64,000 nucleotides of DNA from assembly GCA_002633005.1 (NCBI GenBank), contig NMRA01000009.1, positions 2,093,563 through 2,157,562 on the forward strand. The letters are read 5' to 3'. A program made the position numbers and the translations under genes. This DNA is from Phoronis australis. Lineage: Eukaryota > Animalia > Phoronida. Shown here piece by piece: positions 38,801 through 52,169 of this stretch. Position 1 is the first letter of the stretch. The number at the start of each line of letters is the position of its first letter. The notes beneath the pieces were generated by a model that was not told the origin of the DNA, did not search any database, and saw only the letters and a list, made by a program, of their open reading frames with translations.

Positions 38801-41800
38801 ATGTGTCTATACTCTGAGTGTCATTAATACAAATGAAAAGAAAATGATTAAAACATATTGTCATGGTCGAACATTGTGAAAGATTGGTATTATTTTACTT
38901 TTTAACTTTCAAACTAAAAACCTATCCCAAGGGTTCCAGTGAGTTGTCATCAACTGGGTCAGTGTCCACAATAACTATAATATAGCTATTAACTGAATGT
39001 TATCCATCCTGGCACAAACTCACCGTTACTGCCCTGGTGGTGGTGCAAGGGAGATAACCATGAAAGGTAGGAAATGTATGTGTACTCATGCATCAATGAA
39101 AACTTACATAGTACATTACCTGATAGCAACTTGTCAACATAGTTGAGATCAGACATTAGGAACTTGCTTTTAGCTGGAAGGAGGTAGGATTCTCCAGATA
39201 TGTTTGCCACCAGAGGGCAATCTTCTGCCTGCTGCACAATAATGTTGACTAATGCTGCCATATTCATAGAACTGCCTAAACAGAGATACAGAACAGAACA
39301 CTGAGATAACACTGAAACAACTGACAAACACACGACTGCCAGTTGATACTCGTAGCAACAGAGATGTGAAAAAGAATCAAAGTGTCCATCATGACCTATT
39401 TACACTGACATCATAATGTTGCAGTCTAGAAAACACAAGCCTTACATGACGCATACATGTAAATTGTATCTAGATTTCCAGGAAACACAAATAAGCTTTA
39501 TATGACACAGCACCTCCCACCGGTGAATGAACATACAATGCAGACAACCGCATGAACTGGTGGCGCGAATTTTGCCCATCTTGCCCGATTTTTGCCAATC
39601 AATTCCCACTTGTGTCTGTTTACTTGTTGTAATTTATATGTGGTGGCATATGCACTGATTTCACAAAATTAATAAAAAAATAAAGCTAGGAAAACTGTTA
39701 GTAATTTAAAGTTTCGGGAAGTCTAATAAACACGAACTTTGAAACTTTGAATTGATAGGGAATTATTGTCTGATTTATCTATACGTCTCGCAGTGGCGAC
39801 TTCATGGTGACTTGGAATTTTTCCCAGATCACCAATCACAATCAAGCACAAATTAGCATTTATATGACACCCATGCAGTACTCTATACATTACCCCCTAG
39901 ACATCCTTGATAATAGCACAGACCAGATTCAAATAGGGCAAAATAATTGGTCTATAGTTTACTTGCAGTAATCATGCTTGAAGAACAAGACTGCCACCCT
40001 TCGAAAATGTTTTTTATTGTTTCTACTTGTTCTTATGTGGACACTTACAGTTCAGCAAGGTTTTCTCTCGAATGGTCTGTAACTGGTTGTAAATGTTCAA
40101 TCTCCTTCGAGCACCGTAGAGTTAATGAAAGAAAAACTGCACTTGGTCTTACAAGCCATTTTTGTGCCAGCAGTGCAACATGGTGATACCCGCATTTGGA
40201 TATAATCACCACTCAGTGATTCAGAAGCTTATTCACATCTGTTTTGCAATTTGTGCACTGTACAGCAGAAATCCTAGATATGCTTAAAACATTTGCTTGG
40301 AACAAACATCTGATTGACATTTAGCAAGTGACAGAATGAACTAAATGTGCATCAGGTAGTCAGGGGCCACTCAAATACTCATTGCAACCCTACTACTTTC
40401 AAGGCACTATAATTATCTACCATACTTTTGAGAGAGCACAAGGAAGACCCTGTCTCATATGCTTTCGGTTATCAATAATTGGAAAACTACACCATAAACA
40501 CATCTGACCTTGACTTTTAGAGGCATTTACATAACACAGTACCCTCTTGGCAACCGACTCTGAATGGAAATATACTGCCTATGCCACCTGCTAAGTGAAT
40601 GTTAACATCATATTAGTTATTAATAAGAACCCAATAACTCACTTTGCTTCGTCAGAAGACAACCTTCCTTATCAGCTGTATCTCCCGAGATTACTGCTAG
40701 GTCACATAGGCTAATATGATCACATCCACTGACAACATCCCCGGCACACCGAGCTAAGCTATTATTGTCGTCACTAGAGAGATGGTCAGAGAAAAGACCT
40801 CTTTGAATGCCAAGAAGGATGAGTTCTTTCATGGGTTTTTCAACAATGTCTTTAATCTATACAAAAATTAAAAATAGTACATTGTATGTTTAATGTCGTG
40901 ACAAGCTTGAACCTGGTAGACAAACAACATCAATTATTTTGACACAACAACAAAAAGTTATCAGATGTTATAACAAAAGCCACATTTTTTACGACAAATT
41001 GGACTGAAATTTTTAAAGGCGTAATCTGACACCGGCATTTTTATCAAAGAGACTGCTTATACCGGTATTTAAAACAGATTTAAAACTCATGCTTTCTGTA
41101 AAGAATAACTTTTGATTTAGGCCAGTCATTAATTATAAAATTGGTTTTGTCCTCAGGCTGTTTGTCTTGTTCCTTACAAGGCACAGAAAGATTAGTAATC
41201 GTGGCCTGAAATTTTAGGAGCTTGGTGTGTAGAAATAGCAAAATGTCACATTTTTAAGGACTAGAAATCACCTATTTTGACTATAGAACAATTTGAGGCC
41301 CATTTCATAACCTTAAGTGGCCTAAATTAAGACTTCTGTCTTAGGTCTTAAAATTAGTCACTTTCATGAAACATACCCCAGCACACTATGCACATAAATG
41401 AGCACATGCAGGCCTGGTTATGATGTTGCCAAGAGGACACCGACTTTGTATTGATAATAAGACAATTTGTTGACTGAGGTGATCATTCTGTGCCCTTGTT
41501 TGGAGGTGCACCCTTCATTGCTAAGTTAACAGAAGTCATTCTCTTCTGGCGAGTCACCAGTCAGAAAAGATTGGAATGAGCTAGTCCGTACTAGGAACAA
41601 AATAACAACGTTATACATATTTTTTGCTTTGAAACAATAATCAATTGACTGAAACAAAAGTCATGTTGACAGGGGTATGATTTCACAAGGCATTCTGGAA
41701 TTACAGAATATTACCTAGAGGCATGTTTTATATCATGTAGAACAACGAAAATGGTGCCACATACTGATGTAGAGCATGCAACGACCTTTGGCAACAGTGA

Positions 41801-42640
41801 ATGTGTCATTACATAATGACTGTTAGTTTAGTTCAGGAACCCAAATGTGTTGGCTGTTGCATGGATAGCATGGCAACGAGTGAACAGGTTTTCTCAACGG
41901 TCGCCATCACCATCCAGTGCTGTCCCCCAGCCGTCGCCATCATAATCCAGAGTCGTCTTCCACCCATCCCCCATCCTGATCCAGAGTCGCCTCCCAGCTG
42001 TCGACTAGATGTTCTGCTTACAATATTGACAAAATAGTTGTGAACTGTACAGCACTCATGCACTATTGACTGAATAACACAGTAACAGAATGTTGGCCAC
42101 TATATGAAGCATAAAAGACCTACCATTGTGTGGTAATTAAATATGTCTAGTTCAGCCATCTTTCTTTTCTGAAATACAAAACATATCAATGACATGTTTA
42201 CATGCAAATTAAAGTAAATATGAGACCATTGCTTTTGTCCAACTACTAGGTACAACACAACACACTACTCCAATAAGCAGACATAACCCATTTAACCAAT
42301 TAGATCACTTTGATAGAAACATGAAAATGAATAATATGCACCCCACAGTCTTTAGTGTGCAGTAAAAATATACCCTTCTTTTCTTCCTTGGTAACGCAAC
42401 ACCATTGCAAAGCCTGTCATAGATTGCTTGGTGTTGAGAATCCATTCTATATGGTTCATGGATAGCAAACAGTTCTGGGTTCACTGAGAAGCAGTTTTCT
42501 TGTTGAGTGGAGGAGTCATAGCAGTTATGATACTCAGAGTTTAAAGAGCTGAAATGACTGACAATCCAACCGCTTGTTGACTCGAGGATAATGCTACTGC
42601 TGCCCTCTCTTGGCCTTTCACAATATGAACAGTGCATCAT
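35835..42640 (-). CDS. METTL4: N6-adenine methyltransferase METTL4 (MT-A70 family), 421 aa
   Basis: Exons 42640-42374, 42168-42124, 40856-40643, 39275-39120, 38481-38412, 37720-37546, 37178-37013 and 36007-35835 (1,266 nt, phases consistent). Catalytic YNLIVIDPPWENKSVKRKKKY, VAVWVTN, WHWVKVT, HKKPYE, SVPCSVHSSKP and CLELFARNL..WTSWGNEVLKLQ are hallmark METTL4 motifs. Confidence 0.95.
36290..36645. repeat. 66-bp tandem repeat (3 near-perfect plus 2-3 degenerate units) in the last METTL4 intron
   Basis: tactctactg(c/a)catctagtgacact recurs at 36489, 36555 and 36621; degenerate units lie at about 36297, 36367 and 36430. Confidence 0.9.
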
Positions 42641-45039
42641 GATGACAATGTTCAGTAACTGCTGCAGGGAAATGTTCAGTAACTGCTGCAGGGAAGGTGA
42701 AATTTTTGCATCAGATCTGCAAGAAAAAATAAGTACTCAAAACTTAAGCATTGTGAGAGACAGAAGTAATCAAGGTTCCCTTCAACAAGATTGATAAGTC
42801 AGCACAACATTATAATCAAAACACGGACAGAAACGCAACTGCTTTAGATCACATGCAGAGCTGGTCAAAGATACAAAGTGTTCTCCTGAGGCATCAACAA
42901 TTTTGCATTTATCTGACGCCGTTAAACTTAATTTTCAAAAACACACATGTGAAATTTTGTATGCAGTCAAAGTAATTCTTTTACCAAAATATACTCAACA
43001 TGCAAATTATAGCATTTGATCTGATTACTCAATACAAAGTTCAAACTTCAATGTACACTGATGTTGGCCTAGGCCTAAGGACCTCCAAGTTCTAACCCTG
43101 TTAAGCATTGGTTCATGTTTACCTACTAATCTGACCTGAACTTTATTTTCACAAGGCTTTGGTTTTCCGCATCTTAAACTTCCACAACTCATTTACCTTC
43201 TTCTTCTTCTTCTTCTTGGTTCAAGTGACCATTCTCTCCAGAGTATTATGTTACTGTATAAAAATGAAGAACAAGAAAGACAAAACAACTACAAGTTTAA
43301 TAATATTTACATGGTATACATCACTTCAGAGCTCGGTTAACACAGCTAGGTCGTGTACAGATAGGGCAGACAATAAGAGGGTGCCCCTGATGGAGGCACC
43401 TGACAATATGTTACTTATTCAGCAAGGCAGATAGTTTCCTGACTAAGACGTCAAGAGATGGGGCTGATGTATTATGTAGCCCGGCAAGCTAATGTCCAGT
43501 CTGCGGCTGTTCCAGGAAAGAATGTGTTTTTCCTGTAACCTGTCATATTTATTGGAAAATTATAATTGAATGACCTTCAGGTATGGATGCCAGCGAGAGC
43601 AGAATCTGTGACAATTATAGAGCAACATTAGAGTTCAGATGATCACCTAATTTTTATCATACCAATTGTAAAACATTTTCAGCCTACAAATTTTTCGGGT
43701 CTGTGGCTGAGGGTGGGCCATTGTAAGGTATCTAAGATAAAAATCCAACTGAGAGTCAACTAAACCACATATCTCGTGACCGAACAACCAGCTCTCCTTT
43801 AAGTGTAATTGTACTTATTCTCTACAGCAGCAGTAATGTCTTTGTGGGTTGTAGATGTTCGTGCTTCTGGTGAATCATATGAGCCCTCGCTAACGGGAAA
43901 TGGTACATGCTTGTCGGTTTTATTGGGGTAATGGTTCGATTACCGGGTTGGGTAAATTCGGCTAATACAATTGGTGTATAGTTGGCAAAAGGATTGTATG
44001 GTATACCGAGGAAGCACTGCCAACTCAAGGGCCTGAAGTGGACCTCGGACAAATTGCAATTCAGGTGTGGACCCAGGACACAAGAGAGCATTGCTCGGAG
44101 GGGAAATTCCAGGACATAGGGTCATAGGGTCATAGGGACAGGGTAGTGTTGCTGTGAGGGCAAAGTCCATGTCAGTAGCCTAAAGTCCAGGAGGGTCTTG
44201 ATTGCTGGGACTTGCAGGCAGGTGTGCCTGGTTCGTAGGAAGGGGGCCACAGACGTCCTCGGCTTCTGATCCTATTGGGGATGATCAGAAGCTGAGGACG
44301 CCTGTGGTCTGAAAACGGTTAGACTACTAAGTTAGAGTGCACTTGCATGTCTGGATGGAAAGCCATTCTGGGTATCAGAGAAATGTTTTGAACAACATTT
44401 TCAACATAATGTATTAGAGTATCGAATACATATGAACATTACCTAACTTTGCGTAGACAGAACAGAAAATCAAGGCAGGCTATCGCCGCTACCGGGCATT
44501 ACATGCCATTACAAGACAGCTAACCGACACAGCAAAGTCCCGTTGCAAACACGTTTGCAGGTGTCGCTAGTAGGCATTGTGACCTTGACCTTAAGTTGCC
44601 AGTGAACACAAATAGAGAGAAACGGTTGCAAGTATTTCGGTTTTGATTGTCTTCGTAAAATGTGCTCCTCGATGCCCAGTATTCATGCTTGCGGACAGGT
44701 ACGTAAGACAACCTGTCAATGCATCGGTCCTGTATTTTCAGAACCAGGCAATCAGCGAATACTAGTATAACCACGCCAGGGCCCAATCCGTGGGCGTGGA
44801 TGGGCATCGCATGGCAGGCCGGGGGCCACTAACGCCCTGAATGAATGCCGCTGGCATGCAGGGGCGACAGTACATCGCCATAAAAAGCAAATATAATCAA
44901 TCGAATGAAACACGCATATGTGCTCATAGATTTATAATTAACGCGTACCATGAGTCTGGGTACAATTTAGTCAACATAACTTGAACACCCATGAAATTCT
45001 GTCGCGGTTCGCTCGCGTTTCTCCCACTGCCACCGGTAC

Positions 45040-45553
45040 GTGCCATTTTGAGGAACTTACATGAAATCACGCCTGTTGATGAACAAATAGTCCAAGGGAC
45101 ACAAAGTTCACCTAATATCTTCCCATGTTGCAGATGTCACGCGCCACGTCACGCGCTTCGCTCAGTCTCGCGCGAGCCTTTGCCTAACCCACTTGGCTCA
45201 GTTGAAATATTTTGGTTGTTATCGCGACCAAAAAGTGGGGGAATTGGAATTCTTTTCCAAAGTCGTCTTAATTCTCATATGATAGCTTAGTGCTTTAGTT
45301 ATCGAAGTTATAATGTCTATAGATCGAAGCACAAAGGATCACGTACTTTCAAAGAAAGTATTAGCACCTTTTTAAGTGATAGTTTTAAGTGTAGAATGTA
45401 TTTTTGATGGCTTAATTGAAAACTCTTAATCGGTGAGCGGATTTCGCTGTCTTCCCGTTTAAAATAGACGTGACGAAATTAGTACAGAAAGGGATGGGAA
45501 GTATTTATAGCCTCTAACCGGCCAACCGAGGGGCTATGTGTTGCCTAGGGTGC
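45040..45553. promoter_or_regulatory. Probable bidirectional promoter between METTL4 (-) and the CEP290-tail-like gene (+)
   Basis: CpG-rich core (cacgcgccacgtcacgcg, tctcgcgcgag), YY1-type CAAAATGGC on - (45042-45050), a minus-strand donor CAT|GTAAGT near 45060, and a partial RFX X-box GTTGCCTAGGGTGC at 45540-45553. Confidence 0.6.
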
Positions 45554-45973
45554 CAGGAGCTCAACATCGGCCCTATTTCATTAAATAATGAAAAATTGCG
45601 GGAGCGAAGTTCACCGCACGAGGCACAAATTTAATTCCCTTCAAGCTCAAGAGATTGAAAAATGCCCTTAAGGTTGAAATCAGTTGTCGCTGGTGACTGA
45701 AAAGAGCACAAAATGTTAGTTTTGGATACTTGACTGAGGCAGTGTTGATAATGATAGTGATGGGGTGGGGAGTGTTGTTAGAATTTTTTGCTCACCCCAA
45801 AAAATTAATTCCATCTGAGAAGGCACAGACACCTTTCCCATCAGGTGATCGATCGAGGGCCTTAATTGACAATGGACCCGCTGTTGGTTCTTCAATCAGC
45901 ATGATCGAACGCTCTCTCCACTCATTGCCAATCACACATTTACCTAGTAGTCCTAGTTGCTAGCAAGCTACGC

Positions 45974-48900
45974 ATGTATGACCAAAGGCACAAAGGCAAG
46001 GCCAAAGACCACTCTGGCTTGACGGTTAGAACCTCTTTACGGCAAGATGCTGTTCATCAGGCATCGCTTAAAGAAGTACCCAGCTGGGTTCATGGGCATG
46101 GGGCAATTAGTTTTGCACTCTCTATTGTAATTAATAGCCATGATGACGTTTGGCCACACTCATTGTGTTTTCATTCTTCATAGCCAAGCACATGGTTCTG
46201 CCATGAAATATTGGTAAAAGCCGAATAGACAAATCTGTCTTGGGAACCAGTTTTCATTGAATAACGGCCATTGTCCCTTAGTCATATTCTGATCAGTGAA
46301 ACTGGTTCCAAGTAACCATTTTGAAAAGGGACCCATCTATACAGAGTCAACTGACACGCAACATGCCTATTGCATATAGCCGCCAAGGTGAACAACAATC
46401 TTATATCTTGCATCACTTTCCTGCTTTTGTAACAGAATGCTTATCACTTGCGCACCCTTTGCTCAGTTTCTTACAAAATCTTTTGGGAAAATGTGACAAT
46501 TAACTTAGTTTGTAGATGCAAAACTTTGATAGAAATCAGTGTTATAGCAATAAAATACTAAAAGCATAAGTGAAACAAACCATGTGAACTTGCAATAACA
46601 GAACAGTTGCTCAAAGAATCGGCCAAAAAAGAAATTTGCCAATAGCTGATGTTCTATTTCATGGTGTTCCTACAAAATTGATTGCTGCACAAGTTAAGCA
46701 CCACAGTAGCATATTTGTTGTACACCAGTACAGACATTTTAGTTTACTCAAGGAAGAACTATTAAATAAATACTTTTTAATAACATGACATTATTTTTGT
46801 CTAGATTTTGTCGTTCCAAGTCATTCCAAAGGTATACATTAATTTGCACTTTTACAAAGGCTAGATCAAGCCTGGACCTCATCTTGAAGGCTTACAGTAC
46901 TAGCTGCAGCTGAGTGCTCTCTTACACTCTACAGCCAATCACAAGCTGCAATTGAGTGCTCTCTTATACACTCTTCAGCCAATCACAAGCTGCAGCTGAG
47001 TGCTCTCTTACACTCTACAGCCAATCACAAGCTGCAGCTGAGTGCTCTCTTACACTCTACAGCCAATCACAAGCTGCAGCTGAGTGCTCTCTTACACTCT
47101 ACAGCCAATCACAAGCTGTTTTTACTGCATTATACTTCCTTTGATCTCCATTGTAGACTCCATTGGCTTAATCTCTCTAAGTAAATTTGGCAACCTAATA
47201 TTCGTAATTTAAAACTCCCTAGTTGCTTGTGTAATTGTAGATTTTCCAGTGAATGCAAACTTAATTCAGTTTGCAGTTGACAGTTTTGCTGTTTAGTTAT
47301 TGCTGTGTTGCTTAAAGGATTTTTGGTTCCATTTGCAGCTGACTCTTGAAAATGAAAGGTTACAGAGAAAGATCAACAGCTTGAAAAAGAAGAACATTTT
47401 TCTAGAACAGTCCATTAAAGAGCAACAAGAGATTCATCAAACTGAACAGCTCCTAGAGAAGTGCAAGACTTACAAAGAGTGAGAATTGTTTGATTTGGCA
47501 GTTACAGTGAAAATCAAATAACTTTGTGTTGTAAATCTATGTAATTGCAATCAGAAAGAACATTATCTTGTCTTTTTAATTTAGACTGACGGTCTGTTAC
47601 TTGTTGCACAGGCTCATAGTATTTTTTGGCATCAACGAAGGAATACACTTAAAAGTGGATGAAAGTGACAGATGTATCAATGTATTACATTATCATTTAT
47701 GGGATGGTTTGAAACCTTCACCTTTATTTCTTGTGTTTCTCAATTATATGAATGCTCAGTAATCATATTGTTCGCAATCAACTTGCTAAGTGCAGGTGTT
47801 CTGCATTGTTGAGTAGCACCACCAGGTGTTGTAATGGCTTAGCATTAATTATACATGTATCTGAGTTTGTATTACGGAGAATTTTGGAATAACAATGGAG
47901 AGATCTTGAAGTCAAAGAAGCCCATTTCAATTGGTATGGACTGTTTTTAACTGCACAGTTGTTCAAACACATCTGAAAGTTTCCACAAATTTCATAAACT
48001 GTGAGGTCTGCTATTATTTAAGAAGGGGAAATTGTGAAAGGATCACATTTTGAATTGTAAAACGATCACATTTTGAAGTAATACTGTTGTGCATGTTGTT
48101 ATGATTCTGCCATTTTGTCTTCAGAGTGGAGACCCAAACTGAAAGCACTCTTCCAGGATGGATTAGGCCAGTGAAGCCAGTACAAAAGAAGCAATCATCT
48201 CAGCCTGCCAAATCAGAACAACCAGTTGCTAATTCACAGTAAACATTCTTTTTACTTTGTGATCCTTACAATATGGTCCAGCATTGTCTTTAATTCAGTA
48301 TGTGGCCAGAGTTTCCTCAGACTATGGCCAGAATTTCCTCAGAGCGTGGCCCGAGTTTTCTAAGACCGTGGCCAGAGTTTCCTCAGACCGTGGCCTGAGT
48401 TTCCTCAGACCGTGGCCTGAGTTTCCTCAGACCGTGGCCAGTTTCCTGGCACTGTGGCCAGAGTTTCCTCAGACTGTGGCCAGGGTTTCCTCAGGTCATT
48501 TCTTCCTGAATTTTCTATTTGCTATTCATTTTTGAGTTGGCAAATTAGGAAAATAATCTTGTAAATATTCAAACTTTAAACATTTTTATTTATTGTGACA
48601 TTATTTTGAGAGGTTTATTATATCAACCATTAAGTACAGGAACTGCAATGTAAATGAAAAACACATTAATTAGTACTGGACTTTTATGATGGAATACATG
48701 CTGACTGCAAAAATGTGACCACCTTTGTCTGGAGACATTCAGGTGTCAATTTACAAAATAGCAACTTATTTTCCCAGTTCGTTACCTTCGAATAATAATT
48801 GAAACTTGGCTTTAACTTTTTTCAGCATTGCTTATGATAATGGTATTTTGTTAATCAGAGAAGTATTATTAATTTAACAGGTTCTAGTTTACGTGCCGGG

Positions 48901-50877
48901 TCTCCAGTCAAGGCAATGAAAATGCTTAACCGCAGAGGAATGTTAAACTGATTCATCAAGCCATGATTCTAAACAGTGCAAAAATCTTGGAACAAATAAG
49001 CATTTCCAATGCAAATGTGAAAATTAGTTTTTCTTCCTTTTACTCCCAACAGTGCACTAAGTTAACTCGCGAAAATCATTGTTATGCAAAGGAGAGTTGA
49101 TGTGTGATGCAGTTCAAACCAATATCTGAAGTATAACTGACAGTCAATTATATAGTCAGAATGATTTTGCAATATCATGTATCATCAGCTAAGTTTAGAA
49201 CGTTGTTACAGTAACTATTTTCCAGTTTTTTATTTCATGTCACAGAATTCTGAGTGGTCTTTGCAAACAATGGTAAGATTAAGGTTATTTCAGATTGCTG
49301 ACTCTATATAATAATTTGATGAAGGAAAGAGACAAAACCATACAACTGAACACTTCCCTGGCACAGCAGATCTCTGTATTGAAGGTACTACATTAAGAGG
49401 TTAAAAAGTATAATGAGCGCTGTTTTGGGTCATAGTCGGATGCAACCTGCGCAAATTTTGAGAACCATTTTTTTCTACTGAATAGCGAGCATCAAAATAT
49501 GGGCACGTTATATCTGGCTGTTGCACGTTATATCCAACCTTCCCTGATTGGCTGATGGAATCTTCGTGTCAGGTTGTTTGATATTTGTATTGCTTTGGCA
49601 AGTTTGCAACTTCAAGCATTTTGATTTGGAGTGTTGATCAGCAGGTGTGGCATTTTGATGCAATTATTGTAGATTAAATTGAGTTCTGTTTTTGATAATG
49701 GTGTTAAGTGCCCAGCTGGTAACTGTCTTGCATTTGGTCTGCAAATTCAAAAGGTTGTAATGTGCTGTTAGTGTTTAAATTGTTAAACCTTGTCAAATTA
49801 TTGACCCTGATCCCAAACGATATCAAACTGTTTTTTATTTCAAAAACTCACTTCTAACCTGAGTTCAGAACAAGGGACACGTTTCTTCAAATGACAAGTG
49901 GTTTTAAAGCTAGTTCAGAGACTAGCCCATTGTTAAGCGTTCCCATGCATTTTTGTCCAGCATCAGGAGCAGCAGGCCAGTTATCTACCATCTTAGTTGA
50001 AAGAGTCACAGAAACCATTCCAACTTCTGGGTTTAGGCCAAAACAATACAAGAAAACAAATAACTAGCACTTTGGCAAGGAATGTCATGCTTACAGTATA
50101 TTATATACAAAGTTCAGACATTACTTCTTAACTCAAAACACCTTCAGTGAGAACTACACACCTAAAAGGAGAACTCTACAGTGCAGCTCTTCGGTAGTTG
50201 TCTTGGCAACTTGGATGATTGAATTCATGTGTGGTGTCCACATGAAGCAGTACAAATTAGTTCAGTACATTCAGACCCTCTAGTTTAATTCAATGTTCAT
50301 GCTGCATTAATTCTGCGTAGATGAAAGTACAGCAACTTGAGGAGAAGCTGAAAGATTCGCAAAAGGAATGTCTGCATCTGCGGAGGGTCACTTCACCAGC
50401 CAATCGTATGGCACGGTCGCATAGCACTACACCCGTATCAAAACATGAACACAAAAAATTGAAAGCTGAACGGGACAGGCTTCAGAAGGAGGTGAAGAGG
50501 TTAAAAAATGAACTTTCGACCTTAGATCCGGTAAGTTGTTTCTCATGCATCACTTTGATCTTGTGCCATGCATTTATGACAGTGTGCTAACCAGATTTTG
50601 TACCTAATATCTATATCATAATTAAATCTAATAGAATTTTAAAGTTACCATTGTGTTGATGGAAGCTATCGCTATTTTGCAGTTTTTTGAAATATTTCTA
50701 AAATAGCAGTTTGTGAAAGTCTCATCAAGGCAAGCAATCGTCTCATTTCAGAAGTTCTTTGAGGAAATAGAAGATGTCAAGTTTGCTCTACAGGAGTCTA
50801 CCAAGTTGAACAAGAAATATGAACAGTGTTTGAGACAATTGTGCAGAAAATTTGGAGTACCTTTCCCATTTTCTTGA
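45974..50877 (+). CDS. Short coiled-coil protein (about 269 aa) with a CEP290-like C-terminal motif
   Basis: Well-supported exons: 47339-47478, 48125-48238, 49294-49384, 50321-50530, 50752-50877. Tentative 5' exons: 45974-46075 and 46805-46831. Total 810 nt in frame. C-terminus LKNELSTLDPKFFEEIEDVKFALQESTKLNKKYEQCLRQLCRKFGV resembles the CEP290 tail (EL..FDP.FFEEIEDLKY). Confidence 0.75.
46902..47118. repeat. 42-bp minisatellite x5
   Basis: Unit agctgcagctgagtgctctcttacactctacagccaatcaca. Confidence 0.95.
48301..48494. repeat. 22-bp minisatellite, about 9 copies
   Basis: Unit gtggccagagtttcctcagac(c/t). Confidence 0.93.
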
Positions 50878-51448
50878 AGAGATGGTGTATAACTAGGCAG
50901 TTTGAGGTGATTGACAACTTGGTGTTCTTGCCCAAGACATTTTTCACTCTTCAGACGTGAATCAGCAGTCAACATATGAGTCATATTTCTGGAACACCAA
51001 TCTTTGTCTTTAAGCACCCGGAAACTCACACAGAAACAAAACTATGAGTTGTAAATGAAATTCATGGTGCAGTTGGTGACCAGAGTCTCATCAAACAATT
51101 TAGGCCAGCCTGAATAAAACTTGATGTTTAATAGCTTTTAATGATTATAAAAGTTACACTATTTCAGAAGTCTTAACAATTCAACAGCTTTTAGCTTGTA
51201 AATTGTGTATTATAGAAAATAGTACAGTAAATAATATTCAACCAGGCTATTTGACCATCATAGTTAAAAGCCTCAAGTTTAAATGCAACGTGTAATGTTT
51301 GAGTTTCCTCTATACATGCATGGCTGGGCGCACTACTGCTATTTCTGCTTTCCATTATGCAAATAGTGTTGTGCACCGACAACCATTGCAAGACTCGGTG
51401 TTGAACTTTTAACTCCAGGTGCTTGTTCCAGTACACTCTGGCTTGGTT

Positions 51449-51730
51449 CAGGCAATATGGTACTACAAGCGACCTCACTTAAATCGTCACGCTGGGGGGC
51501 CGCGAAACCGGGACGATTTATCGAAGTGGCGACTTTTATGTAAGTTATATGTACATGTAAGTCTTCATTTTGACGACTTACATATAATTTTGTCTCAAAT
51601 GACGACTTACATGTAGATGTAAGGACGACTTAGGGCCTACATAAAAGTCTTCACTTCAATAAACCGTCCCTGTTTCGCGTCCCCCAGCGTGACGATTTGA
51701 GTGAGGTCGCTTGTAGTGCCGTATTGCCTG
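51449..51730. mobile_element. Palindromic MITE / fold-back element with arms of about 95 bp
   Basis: caggcaatatggtactacaagcgacctcacttaaatcgtcacgctggggg... is mirrored by ...cccccagcgtgacgatttgagtgaggtcgcttgtagtgccgtattgcctg. Confidence 0.8.
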
Positions 51731-52169
51731 GATCATTGTGACGACTTAAGTGCTATATACGTGTATGGCATATAGGGATGAGGGCCTGGTATTTCAATTT
51801 CCACACCTTCGATTTCTGAGTTTGATAAGTTCGATAGGGGTTATTTTCCTCATGATTTATATTTCAAAGCTGATTTCATTATAAATGTTTTTTATCGTGA
51901 GTTTCAGTAAAGTTAGGAACTACCGGCGTAAAAGCCTGCATGTAAGAGAAATAATGCGCTTTTTCGGAAGCTTTTCTACTCAAAATGTTTCGCATAATAG
52001 GCGACGCGGCCGCTAAGCTCTGCAATGAGCCGCAGTGAAAATGTTTTGGAAACTGAAGAGCTGAATTTTTGAATTTTTATGTAGTAAAGTCGGCGGGACT
52101 TTATTTAAAAGCCCTTCCGAACATTTGTCGTTCTAAGGGAGCTACTTTAAATGAAGTCAAACTTGTTAG

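Noticed and set aside
45537-45672. ATG-initiated frames right after the X-box as first coding exon of the CEP290-tail gene
   Set aside because: They stop before the donor or give an incompatible phase; more likely 5' UTR.
49053-49100. Strong acceptor followed by CTKLTRENH in the CEP290-tail gene
   Set aside because: In the phase required by the upstream exon it hits TAA after three codons. It could only be a poison or terminal exon, and there is no other support.
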